A stretch of 63,991 nt of DNA, filler included, from Rhabdomonas costata (Eukaryota): assembly GCA_019059605.1 (NCBI GenBank). It is 13 parts of 13 records of this genome, joined end to end, with 100 filler letters (N's around TTAATTAATTAA, not from the genome) between each part and the next. Parts side by side here need not be neighbours in the genome. Positions count along the whole stretch, not along the records: positions 49,925 to 54,746 come from JAHMHO010000140.1; positions 54,847 to 59,677 come from JAHMHO010000141.1; positions 59,778 to 63,991 come from JAHMHO010000307.1; 10 more parts are not named here. One strand, given 5' to 3'. The notes beneath the pieces were generated by a model. It ran no database searches. It saw only the letters and a program-made list of their open reading frames with translations, and had not been told where the DNA came from. The translations under genes were made by a program, and so were the position numbers. Position 1 is the stretch's first letter, and the number at the start of each line of letters is the position of its first letter. Below are positions 49,925 to 60,490 of this stretch, piece by piece.

Positions 49925-52900
49925 CCAGTTGCGGTCGCCACTGTTGGTGGTCGTGTGACGGCAGCCCTGTTGGTGTCCACCTCTGCTACTCCGGATCCCG
50001 ATGGGTTGATCCGCATTCCCGTGGATGGCATCAATGCCACATTCCTTGTGAAGTGGGGCTGGGGTCCTGATGAGACCACGGCGAGCTCATGCAATCGCAT
50101 CTCGACTAACCTGGCTGCTCTGCCAGACTACGTGTGTTCTGGTGTTACCTTTAACACGGTGCCCCACCGTGTGTATCTATTTTTCACACCTGTGCTGAGT
50201 TCCATTGGAACTTTCACCCTTCCGGTGACCTTTTCTGCCACGGGGGTGGTGGATTACAAGGTGGAGTCATCGGTTACGATGCTGGCTGTGCTGTCGGTTG
50301 TTGAGGTCTCTGCGCCGAGCGACACTCACGCTGTGCCCTTGTCCGGTGACAGCATCTCTATCACATTTGTACTTACCGCCACAGCGACCTCTGTTTCTGG
50401 GGAGCAAGTGTTGATACCTTACACCGCTGTGGAGCCTGGGACACTCGTGAGATGGTCAGCACCCCCGTACACGAACAAGCCCGCATGCCCATCTCTCGGG
50501 GTCTCCTTGCCCTACACCTGCACCTTCTCCAACATCCACTTCAACACGGGCAATGTCACGGTTCGAATCTTAATGACACCTCCCCTTACGCTGGTTGGAC
50601 AGGTCCCAACCAATGTCCCCAACTACACCTTTACGTTCCAAGCCTATCAGTTCGCCAACGCAACTGTTGTACCCCCAATCTTCCAGCTTGGGGTGTGGGA
50701 CCTGAATCTAACTCCGTTATTCAAGGACTCAGGGGTACTGTCAGGGGCGACCGTGCGTTTCCTGCTGAATGTGACCGCCTCAGGGAACAGCCTTGGCGGC
50801 GAAGAGATCGTTTTACCTTCTTCCCTCGTGCAGGGGGCACTATCTGTCAAATCGCTGACGCACACCAGCACCAACTACACATGTGCGAGCGAGGGCACGC
50901 TGATCTCGTGTCTGATGTCAACCTTCACCTTTTTGGCAGGTGTTCAGGAGACGTTTGTCATCGAGTTCGTGCCTGTGTCAACCTGGGTTGGGACTCTGAA
51001 TTCAAACCTAACCTTCAGCGCGTTTAGCTTCGTGCCGCAGAATCTTTTCCTGAACATAAGGATCTTTGGCTACCTTGACCCTGTGCACCACCTCCTGCCG
51101 CAGCCCACGTCCCCTGACGTGTCAAGCACCATGGGAAGCATCGCCGGCGTAGTCCCGGGCTTCACTCTCGCAATAGGGCAGCTTCTGCAGTTGCATTACG
51201 CTATGAGATCGACAGGCACCTCTGCTGGGGGCGAATTTATCCGCATTCCTTCCTCGTCAGTTGAGGGCACCTTTTACTGGTCCACCGTTGGTGACCAGGT
51301 CACGTACTGGACCTGTCCGCTAGATTCCAGTTCGACCTATCCCAACACCCTGAAGTGCGACCTCACTTCGAAGGGTTTGCACTGGTATCGCAACAGCGAC
51401 GTGAATGTATGGCTTTTCTTTGTGCCTGCTCTCACCAGTCGTGGATACATTGGCCCTATAACCTTTGGAGCGGACGACTTCCAAACCATTGCTGAGACAA
51501 GGGTGCAAATACTGGCCTCGTTTAGCTTCCAGTCGGTGACTGCAAGTCCTCCCGTTGTTGTTTCAAGCCGACCCATACCCACGGTGATTTTCGAAATTAA
51601 GGTATCTGCTTCCACTCAAAGCGCGGGCGGTGAGGAGCTTTGGTTTGTTTCCTCTGCGATGGATCCCGACACTTCAACCGTTTTCTGGAAAATGAACGAC
51701 GACTCCATCAAAGGAGCCTACAGATGTAATCTGATGCCGTCGGGTGTATTTTCCTGCTATGCCCCCAAAGGCCAGTTCACCACAACAACCATGAGGATCT
51801 ACTTGTTCGTTACTCCCCTTGGGTCTATTGTTGGTCCTTGGCCTGCCACGGTGATCCTCAATGCAACACAGTTTGCCAATCTTACCATCCCCTTGACCCT
51901 CTCGGTCATCGCCAGAAACACCATTTTAAACCATAGCGTGGTTCCGACACAGCCTTTTGCCAGCCAAAACTCTTCCGTCATCATGGTGTACACCCTGAAT
52001 TCCACGGGGCACTCGGTGGCGGACGCGGCGGTGAGCGTTCCCGCATCTGAGGTGGAGCCCAGCCGTGGGGTGTTCTGGAGCTTTGATGGTCTCTTTTCCC
52101 ATGCTGATGCCTGTATACAGAGCAATGGATCCGGGGCCTATGTGTGCCGAGGCTTCCAGTACAGCCCGAGCAATGTCACAGTGCACATTCACTTGACACC
52201 CAACCGAACGATCATTGGCGGCTTCCGCTCCCCCTTGGTGTGGAGCGGGCAATACTTTCAGTCTCTTTACCACTACCCCGAGATCACCCAGATTGGCGCA
52301 TGGATCGTCACTGTGCAATCTGTCACTCCTGTGATGGCCTTGGCTGGGGCAACGGTGGACTTCCTGTTCAACCTCTCCGCCACGGGGTCGACTCAAGGCG
52401 GGGAACTCGTGGTTTTCCCATCGGCCGTGGTAAATTCTGGCTCCTCCGTCTACGTAAGTGTTGTGGGTCACTCGACTCAGGGCTGCAGCCAACCCGACAG
52501 TGGCCCCATCATGCAATGCCTGCTCTCCTACACTTTCGGGGTGGTGCCACAGCAGATTATGATATCTTTTGTACCATTGGCATCCATAATCGGGAATGCT
52601 GGAATTTCGTTCACCTTCTCTGGGAACTTGATGCAGAGCCTCACCGTTACTCCACTGCTGATGCGCTTGGGAACCTGGACATATCAGGTGGTGCATGCCT
52701 TTACTGGGGCACCGAACGTTCTTTCAGGGGTGAACGCCACACTCCGTGTCACTCTTACTCCCTCAGGAGTGCCCAACGGAGGGGAAACGCTCTCGCTTTC
52801 GGATGCATATGTTGACCCTTGGACTCCGATGGTCTGGACCTACGGGAACATTAGTCGGGTTTGCCCTGACATGGGCACCGCCCGTGTCTGTGATCTGGCA

Positions 52901-54733
52901 GAGCTTCCGTTCAGTTACAACACACCGCTGTCGCTGTACGTTCAATTCCTCCCCACAGTCACCACGCTGGGACCGCTGAATGCCAATATGACTCTTGACG
53001 CCTTCTCCTTCCGTTCACTCCAGATTCCCACTGGAATAGTCGTGTATGGCTACTTGGCTCCCGTAACGATTCCCTCGCAGAGGCTACCCCTACTTTCCAG
53101 CCCTTTGCAAACGACACCTCAGATTGCACCTGCGAACGTTGTGGCTCCTGGAGCTCTAGTTACCTTGCACTACGTGTTGCGCTCCTCTGCAACCTCTTTG
53201 GGTGCCGAGACCCTTTCTGTGCCTTCTGATAAGGTCGAAGGGGGAGTGTATTTTGGAACCACCGGTGTGCAGGCCGACGCCACTGCTTGCGACACGGTGT
53301 CGGGCCAAAAAATTTGCCCACTGTGGAAGCTGACGCGGTTTTATCGCAACACAGACACAGATGTGTATCTTTGGTTTGTTCCTGCACTGAGCACTGTGGG
53401 TGCATTGGGTGCGACGTTCACGTGGAATTGCACTTACTTCCAGCCAGCGACCCATATTCCCCCTGTAAAAGTTTTGGGAGCGTTCCGTTGCGCAATCAAG
53501 ATGATGAACAGTAGCATTGTCCTTTCCGGGAACTCTGTCGTTGCGGTCCTCAACATTACTTCTCCTGGTTCTTCGAAGTCCGGGGAGTTGATCAGCGCCC
53601 CTCTGGCTCCCTTGGCTGCCAACACCGGACTGTTGTGGAAAACACCTTCGAGTTCTGTCTGGCAGAACTGCAGTACTTTGAATGGTTGGTCTGTGTGCAA
53701 TCTCTCCACCCTTCATTTTAGCCAGATCCCAACTGTGGTTTGGGTTCAGATCACTCCGAATCCCGCCTCGGTGGGTGTGCTGGGCCTTCCACTGAACCTC
53801 TCCGCTGATAACTTCACCACCCTACAGGTCTGGCCTCCCATTGAAGTGATGGCTGTTTCGCGGTTTGCCATCGTCAACCGCACCAACACAACGATGTGTT
53901 CGGGCGAGCGTGCAATGCTGGAGGTCAAGATCAACTCCTCCGGCGTGTCCACTGGGCTGGAGCGCATTGTCCTGGACTATGCCAAGACGTACCCGCAGGC
54001 TGGGGTTCGGTGGGGATTCACTGCGTCTGAGACCTCAGCTTGGGCATGCCTGGCAGATACTAAGAACTTTTCGTGCGATCTCTCCACGCAAGGCGTTCGA
54101 TTCAGTCCCAGAGGAATAGATGTGGACACATTCTTCACACCCGCTCTATCCACAGTCGGACCATTGAACCTTTCCCTGGTTTTCCGTGCCGTGAACTTCC
54201 TCGATACAGTCATTGGCACTGGAATTACCGTTTTGGCGGTGCTGACGGCCACGTCCCAGACCTTCCCTCTGAACATGACAAGGGTTGCCTCCGGTTCATT
54301 GATCACACTGCAATGCAACATCACTTCGACAGGTACAACCGCCGGAGGGGAGCTTCTCACCGTTCCCCAATATTCCGTAGATGGCTCTGCAGGCGTTGTT
54401 CTTGCACGAAACGCAACCTTCAGCGTTGCCCAGACCTGTGTACTGGCGAACAACACGTATCAATGCCCTCTTCTTCAGGCCTTCACCCAAGCTGGGCAGA
54501 CCTTGTTCTTGAGGTTTGTTCCTTCTTCAAGCACAATCGGTCCTTCCAATGTCACGCTGACCTTCACAGCCAAATGGACTCAACCCTTGGTCCACAAACC
54601 AGCACTTGCGATTGTTGGTGAACTCAGTGTTTATTCCGTTGCCTTCTCCCCGAGTGCACCATTCTCCGGAGATCTCGTCACGTTAACGTTTACTTTGCTT
54701 CCCTCGGGGAGAAGGCAACGGAATAAACACTGA
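49925..54733 (+). CDS. Second fragment or paralogue of the giant repeat protein: 12 complete domains plus one partial
   Basis: Open from the contig start and carries the same domain motif as 1-4887. The stop at 54733 falls mid-domain, 13 nt from the contig end, so it is probably not the true end. Confidence 0.85.
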   Translation, partial: PVAVATVGGRVTAALLVSTSATPDPDGLIRIPVDGINATFLVKWGWGPDETTASSCNRISTNLAALPDYVCSGVTFNTVPHRVYLFFTPVLSSIGTFTLPVTFSATGVVDYKVESSVTMLAVLSVVEVSAPSDTHAVPLSGDSISITFVLTATATSVSGEQVLIPYTAVEPGTLVRWSAPPYTNKPACPSLGVSLPYTCTFSNIHFNTGNVTVRILMTPPLTLVGQVPTNVPNYTFTFQAYQFANATVVPPIFQLGVWDLNLTPLFKDSGVLSGATVRFLLNVTASGNSLGGEEIVLPSSLVQGALSVKSLTHTSTNYTCASEGTLISCLMSTFTFLAGVQETFVIEFVPVSTWVGTLNSNLTFSAFSFVPQNLFLNIRIFGYLDPVHHLLPQPTSPDVSSTMGSIAGVVPGFTLAIGQLLQLHYAMRSTGTSAGGEFIRIPSSSVEGTFYWSTVGDQVTYWTCPLDSSSTYPNTLKCDLTSKGLHWYRNSDVNVWLFFVPALTSRGYIGPITFGADDFQTIAETRVQILASFSFQSVTASPPVVVSSRPIPTVIFEIKVSASTQSAGGEELWFVSSAMDPDTSTVFWKMNDDSIKGAYRCNLMPSGVFSCYAPKGQFTTTTMRIYLFVTPLGSIVGPWPATVILNATQFANLTIPLTLSVIARNTILNHSVVPTQPFASQNSSVIMVYTLNSTGHSVADAAVSVPASEVEPSRGVFWSFDGLFSHADACIQSNGSGAYVCRGFQYSPSNVTVHIHLTPNRTIIGGFRSPLVWSGQYFQSLYHYPEITQIGAWIVTVQSVTPVMALAGATVDFLFNLSATGSTQGGELVVFPSAVVNSGSSVYVSVVGHSTQGCSQPDSGPIMQCLLSYTFGVVPQQIMISFVPLASIIGNAGISFTFSGNLMQSLTVTPLLMRLGTWTYQVVHAFTGAPNVLSGVNATLRVTLTPSGVPNGGETLSLSDAYVDPWTPMVWTYGNISRVCPDMGTARVCDLAELPFSYNTPLSLYVQFLPTVTTLGPLNANMTLDAFSFRSLQIPTGIVVYGYLAPVTIPSQRLPLLSSPLQTTPQIAPANVVAPGALVTLHYVLRSSATSLGAETLSVPSDKVEGGVYFGTTGVQADATACDTVSGQKICPLWKLTRFYRNTDTDVYLWFVPALSTVGALGATFTWNCTYFQPATHIPPVKVLGAFRCAIKMMNSSIVLSGNSVVAVLNITSPGSSKSGELISAPLAPLAANTGLLWKTPSSSVWQNCSTLNGWSVCNLSTLHFSQIPTVVWVQITPNPASVGVLGLPLNLSADNFTTLQVWPPIEVMAVSRFAIVNRTNTTMCSGERAMLEVKINSSGVSTGLERIVLDYAKTYPQAGVRWGFTASETSAWACLADTKNFSCDLSTQGVRFSPRGIDVDTFFTPALSTVGPLNLSLVFRAVNFLDTVIGTGITVLAVLTATSQTFPLNMTRVASGSLITLQCNITSTGTTAGGELLTVPQYSVDGSAGVVLARNATFSVAQTCVLANNTYQCPLLQAFTQAGQTLFLRFVPSSSTIGPSNVTLTFTAKWTQPLVHKPALAIVGELSVYSVAFSPSAPFSGDLVTLTFTLLPSGRRQRNKH

Positions 54734-56975
54734 GTTCACCAACACANNNNNNNNNNNNNNNNNNNNNNNNNNNNNNNNNNNNNNNNNNNNTTAATTAATT
54801 AANNNNNNNNNNNNNNNNNNNNNNNNNNNNNNNNNNNNNNNNNNNNGGGTGTGGGGGTGGAGGGGGCGTGACTAAACCATCGAAACTTATAACTTTCCCT
54901 AAATGAAAGGGAAGGAGAGGGTAGTCGTTACCTGTGGTAACAGCTTTCTCTATTCGAGTGTACTACTGTACAAAAACAGACAGTGGTCAAAGGACACGCC
55001 CGATCCGGCCGCCGCCTCGCTGGCCTTTGCCCCTGAACTAATGCTGTCCTGCTCGTCCCAGCCATTGCGGAGTACTTAGCCAAGAATAGTTTTGCGCTGC
55101 TAAGCAAAAACACTAATCCAGGGCAAACTGGCAAAGTAAACGTTACCACTCGTAACCGTAAAAAGAAAAAAAGAACACTGTTGCAAAACTCACTGCCCAA
55201 CTTTCGATGCGCCAAAGGGCACAAAACACGGAGAAAACACAAAAGCGTCACAGGGAACTAAACGTGAACTAAGAGCGACCGCAGTTTTTCCCGATAAAGA
55301 AACCCGACGCTAGAAACACCCAAATGCCATTCCCCACTGCTCCTTCTCCACCAAAAAAGATAGGCTCTTCCAACCCAGCTCCGAAAGCTAAGAAAGAACC
55401 TGCGACTGACATGCCCGGAAGGCCTGCTCGCCATTCTTGAACAGCTCCAGCCGAAACCCGCCGTCGAGGAATCCTCTGCATAACTGGAACCGGAGCTCGA
55501 GCTGTAGCCCAGGTGGTACCAAAGCTCAGAAAAGCCTTCTTCCATCAAAGCTGCAGGCAAAGCTCCCTGCACCTGCTGAGGTGATGGGGAAAGGTATCCT
55601 GGCAAATCATACTGCACCTCACTGCTGTGATGAGCGGTGAAAGCCTCTCTTTGCCTCCAGTGCTGCCCACTTGGCAGCGCGGAACCGTCGGGGGCAAACT
55701 CTGAGACTGGATCAGAACTGACGGTGGTGCTGGCACTTTCTCCAACCAAAGCAGCATAGGGGTTGTGCACAAAGTAGACCTTTTCTGGCTCTACCTTTTC
55801 CGATCCCAATTCCTCAGATGCCACGACGGTCTCAAGGGAAACCTTCCACCTGGCAACAGCCATCTTACCTATTTCCTCGCTCTCTCTTCCCTTCGTCTCA
55901 CGGGCAGCATCAGCGCCGGCTGAGCGTGCCTTGAGGCGCTCCTCACGCAACACATCGTGCCGATCCATCTCGTCAGCCCAGCACCCGTTGAGCACTGACG
56001 AGACCGAAAACAGCTCCGACGCGCTGGAAAGGGTTCGGCTGAGAATCATGCGGTCCGGTGGGGCTTCCGAGGAGCCCAGAAAATCTTGGCACTCCCCGAA
56101 TGAGATCTCGCTTTCAAGCAAGCACATTGCAAACAAAGCTGGCTTTCTGAGCAAAAGAAAAGCACTTCACACGGCATGCGGGCACATGCCGTAAAGGTAT
56201 AAAAAAAGCTGAGGGCCTCGGATTATCTTTTATTGCTTATCTTTGTTCGCCCTGGGAACGATCCTCGGTCAAGGACGAGGTAGTGGACTGACCCGTTTTG
56301 GTGGAGCGACACGAGCCGAGCATTACACCGAACTGCTTCAAGTTGACAAAAAGATTCTTTCTTTTACGACATTTGTTGGGTTGCAGAGCCTTCACCAAGT
56401 CTGGCAGAGCTCTTGCCTGACGACTGGGCTGTCTTTCCATTACACCGCAGCGATACATCCCCGGCAAGGCAGACCGCATCTTTCTTCGTTAGTCTGTCGA
56501 CACAAGGCGACTGGCCACTGTCTGAAGTAGGCGCCTCGCTCCAATTACCTCAACAACAAGGGGGCAACGCGAATATCCCCGTCTGCAGCAGAACACTGCG
56601 CTCTCGCGTGCCTTTCGTTGCTATGACTTCTGCGCCAGAACTCCTCCTCACATCTCCGCCAATTTTGGTCACTACCTACCTCGCCACCTGGCACGGCAAG
56701 GTTCCCTGGAGGCCTTACTTTCCCTTAAGACTAGGCCCCCTAGGTCACTCCGGACCCTCCCGCATGTTGGAAAAACTTTGTGGATACTGCCCACACATGA
56801 ACCAAATACAGAATTGGCAAAATTGGCAAAAAGGGCACGCCCGCTCGGAACTTTCCTTGCATCCGCTGTCTGATGCCACGGTTAGAAACAAAGCTTTTCG
56901 TAACCGATTCTACCTAATCCTCAAAATGGAATCTCAAGTACCGGGAACATCCGCTCGCGCTCGCGCGCGGGCACA

Positions 56976-57102
56976 CATACACACACACACACACACACAT
57001 GGTGCACTTGGCAAGGATGAACTTTTCTGGGGGGGGACTCGAGGTCCACTTCCCACCTGCGCTCCCACCTTTGGATGGGGCATGGGCCCATCGGGCCTCA
57101 CA
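56976..57102 (+). repeat. Dispersed repeat family B, copy 2, preceded by (CA)n
   Basis: Aligns with the reverse complement of 40024-40140. Confidence 0.8.
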
Positions 57103-58419
57103 CCCTTGTGGGCCCATGCTGCCTTGTCACTCAGGGTTGGTTTACCCGATGTGACCCCCCCGATCCACAGTGTACGGGGGGGCCTTGGGAACCCCGGTTG
57201 GCGCGTTTCGAGATCTGTTTGTGGGTACCCAACCTTCCGCGCTCGTACACTTCCCTTTGGGCGCTATTGCCCTTGTGGGTTTGGGTCCTCCATCCCACTC
57301 CTGGCTTAGACCCGCTTTCCTGGTGGACGGGCACGGTAACCTTACTCTGTCCCTGCTGCCATCTGGACCTCGCTTGGTTCCACTCTCCACTTGCCCGGGC
57401 ATCCCTTCGTACCTTGTGGGCCCTCCGCTTTGCTTCCTCGCTTCCTCTCTGGTCTCCCACTTCTCGCTGCCATTCTCCCCTTCCCTCTTGCTGACCCGGG
57501 CTGCTCCTGTCCCACCGCAGGCTTTCCCCTCCTCGCTGCCACTCGCCACTTCTTGGGGGCTCCTTTCTCGCCTGCTCCAGCCTGCCCGGGGATCTGCGGT
57601 TCTCTCCATCTCACGCGCTCTGCCATCCATTCTAACCATTCCTCTGCATTCGGCCCGTTGTGCATGTACTCACCGTCCCTTCCCTGAGCCCGCTCGATCT
57701 CCAGCTCTTCTGTCCATTCAGCCCAACTCTGAACATGCGCCCAGCCCGGATGCTTGCCCCGATATCACCTTTGCGGGTCAGGCTGCGGCCGTCATTCCAT
57801 GGGTGATTCTGGGGGGGCCGGTCTACTCGCTGTGGCTGTCTCACTATGGCCCTACCCATTTGACGGGACCCCGCAACCTCCAAAACAGTACCGAAACCTC
57901 CCGTGAAGTGCAGGTCCACCCGGACCTGAGGGCAGGCCTGCTCCAGGTGAGCCAGGGCCACTCTGCGCTCTCCAGGCCGAATCCGGGCCCACACAATTGC
58001 CCGGAGGGGATGGCCGTCCTCTCCGGCTGAGTTCAAGACGAGCATCGACAGGTGGAAGGTGGTATGCTGGGGAAGGCACGGCATCAGGGAGTCCACGTCC
58101 AGACGTTCATGCGGCCGCATGGTGGTAGAGAAAAACGTGGTCACCTTACGAAGAATCTGAAGGTCATTGCTCTCAGCTCCAGAGGAGTCCTTCAAAAGGA
58201 GAACCAAGCGCCCGAGAGAGCCCATACATGCCACTGAAGCCATTTAACCTGCAGCTTAGAGAGGATAAGCCATCTCATTTCAATTCATACATGGCACACC
58301 TCCTTCTCTTCATCGTCACGCAGTGCTTCCGAAGAGCTGGACGTCGAGGTTTGTCATGAGTAACGATTATCCCGGTTCTGGTGGCTCCGGAGGATGCAGG
58401 CTTGTCAGGCCCTGCACCC

Positions 58420-58423
<4 letters not shown>

Positions 58424-58456
<33 letters not shown>
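58424..58456. repeat. (AC)16 microsatellite
   Basis: Perfect run. Confidence 0.95.
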
Positions 58457-58457
<1 letters not shown>

Positions 58458-58867
58458 CCTCTTGTCCTCTCTGGCTCTCGCCATTCTCCTCTCTCCACTG
58501 GTGGTTCGCAGCCGCGTCCCCTGCCTACCCCATTTTGCATGCCTCCATTATTTGTAGATGCTGCCAACCTCAATAGGCGTCTTCATCACTGCAGTAGTTC
58601 GTCCATAGCGGTTCGTTTCAATTATTTCCACCTCCATAGCAACTTCGAGTTTTTGAAGGCGAAATATGACACAAATTGTACGATTATGGCACGGCAAAGC
58701 AACTTGCATAAAAAAACACTATTTTAACTTCTCCCCGGTGCGTACTATCCAATCCGGAAGGAGCTCGCGATCAAAGCAGAGGCGGAGGAGGCCTTCCGCG
58801 CCGCCTCACTGTCTTCCATGCTTTGAAAAACTCAAGCATATGCGCACCGCCCCCCCACACCCAACAC

Positions 58868-58937
58868 ACACACTGAGTTGGGTGTAAAGGGTAAACACTG
58901 GTACGGATACTGTCAGGCACCGAAATCGGCTCGAATC
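58868..58937 (+). repeat. Dispersed ~70-bp repeat family A, copy 2 (downstream of the Ca-ATPase exon donor)
   Basis: ACACACTGAGTTGGGTGTAAAGGGTAAACACTGGTACGGATACTGTCAGGCACCGA aligns with 34128-34197. Confidence 0.8.
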
Positions 58938-59174
58938 CATTTTCACAGGAAAGGCAACTGTGATGCTCAAGAAGCTCAAGAAGCAGTCAGTGCTCGCATT
59001 CCTCACAAAAGGGTTTTCTGACCACATGAACGCTCACTTGAACTCTAGAGTAAGGGATGTGGCTTCTCTGATGAGTGATCTGAGCTTGGGCGCTGTGAGT
59101 AGATGAGTGGAAGTCTCGAGCAACTTACAACTTAAGATGATGACTGAGAAACAATCACACACACACACACAAAC

Positions 59175-59405
59175 CGCGTCCATCAGCAGCACCACGAGGA
59201 TCAGCTTGTCCGTGGGAGTGGAGCGGGCCAGCACGCGCAGCTTGGGAATCAGGGACTTCAGGCGTTCAGGGTCGTCCGTGGCCATCGCACGGAAGGTGCG
59301 GCCCTCCATCACAATGCCCTCCTCCAGCTGCCCCTGGGTGGAGGGGATGATGCTGCACTTCCGCGCAATCGCCACAGCGGTGTGCAAGCTGTCCCCGGTA
59401 ACCAT
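59175..59405 (-). CDS. P-type Ca2+-ATPase (PMCA/P2B-like), internal exon
   Basis: CAG|MVTGDSLHTAVAIARKCSII..VMEG..FR..PKLRVLARSTPTDK|GT. Confidence 0.9.
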
Positions 59406-59786
59406 CTGAGGGAGATAAGGGGAAACCGAAGGCTCACCCTCAGCTCTCTGTGTGGTCTTATCACCGCATTTGTTTGCTGTTTGTTAATGCCCTCCAGGCG
59501 GTACGTCGACTCAGAATCTTCATGCCCTCCAGGTCGTTGTCTTCAGGGAAGAGATGGCGAGAAAATGAAAGAGAAAGATGGAAGCAACACTCGCACTTAA
59601 AACATTGCTGGCCTTCTGGATCCCATGCCGGTCTCCCACACAAACCTCCACACCCACCCACCAACAACCACACAACCNNNNNNNNNNNNNNNNNNNNNNN
59701 NNNNNNNNNNNNNNNNNNNNNTTAATTAATTAANNNNNNNNNNNNNNNNNNNNNNNNNNNNNNNNNNNNNNNNNNNNGTTGTGGGG

Positions 59787-59963
59787 GCGAGAAAAGGGGA
59801 GACGATGAATGGGGTGGATTGGACACCAGCCTCGGCGGAGACAGTTTTTCCTTAGTCACAAATCCGAGCTTGTACCCCAGACCTCTCTCCTTTGGCTCGG
59901 AAAAACTGTCTCCGCCGAGGCTGGTGTCCAATCCACCCCATTCATCATCACCCCTTTTCTCGC
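59787..59963. repeat. Long inverted repeat at the contig start: perfect 48-bp core arms (59804-59851 / 59899-59946), 47-nt loop, imperfect outer extension
   Basis: Direct reverse-complement match. Confidence 0.95.
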
Positions 59964-60059
59964 TCCCGCAAGCCATCATTTGTTTAACTTCCCCTTCCAC
60001 CGTTCTACCTCTCCGTGTCTAGTCCTTTCTGTTCACCACCTTTCTTTACGCAACACAAC

Positions 60060-60490
60060 CTAGCCTTCCGCGGCGTGTTCCCCTTCCGGTGACCATTCCC
60101 CCACTGGACGGTCAGGTCCACGCAAGCGGGAACGCCTCTTTTCCAGTGATGGATGCAGACGTCAGCGGGGCGCTCCAATCCCGCGATGCCGACTTCCTCG
60201 GCGCGAAACCCCGAGGTGAGCAGCATATGCAACAGGAGGTCGCGTGCCAGATTGTGACGAGCCCAAAAATGAGCCTTACGACAGCTCAGCAGGAGGTCCC
60301 CATGTAGAGTCACTCGGGGCACGGCCGGACACCTGGAGGAGGGGTACATCGAGACGCAAACGGACCAATGAGCAAAAGGTGGATGTCTCAAAAGCCACCC
60401 CGAACTGCCCCGAACCACCCGCCAGAAAAAGGGTTTGAAAGGCACTGAAGACGGAGTGAGTCACGAGCACTGCTGGAAGCCAGGAGTTAG
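60060..60490 (-). mobile_element. Frameshifted remnant of a CRE-like (R2-group) non-LTR retrotransposon: CCHC region plus restriction-like endonuclease
   Basis: SWL.A...TFCSLVRLRL.VPL in one frame, then CP..HGD.LLSC..RHNLARD..G..E..RPAD..W..G..CVDLTV in another. Confidence 0.8.
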
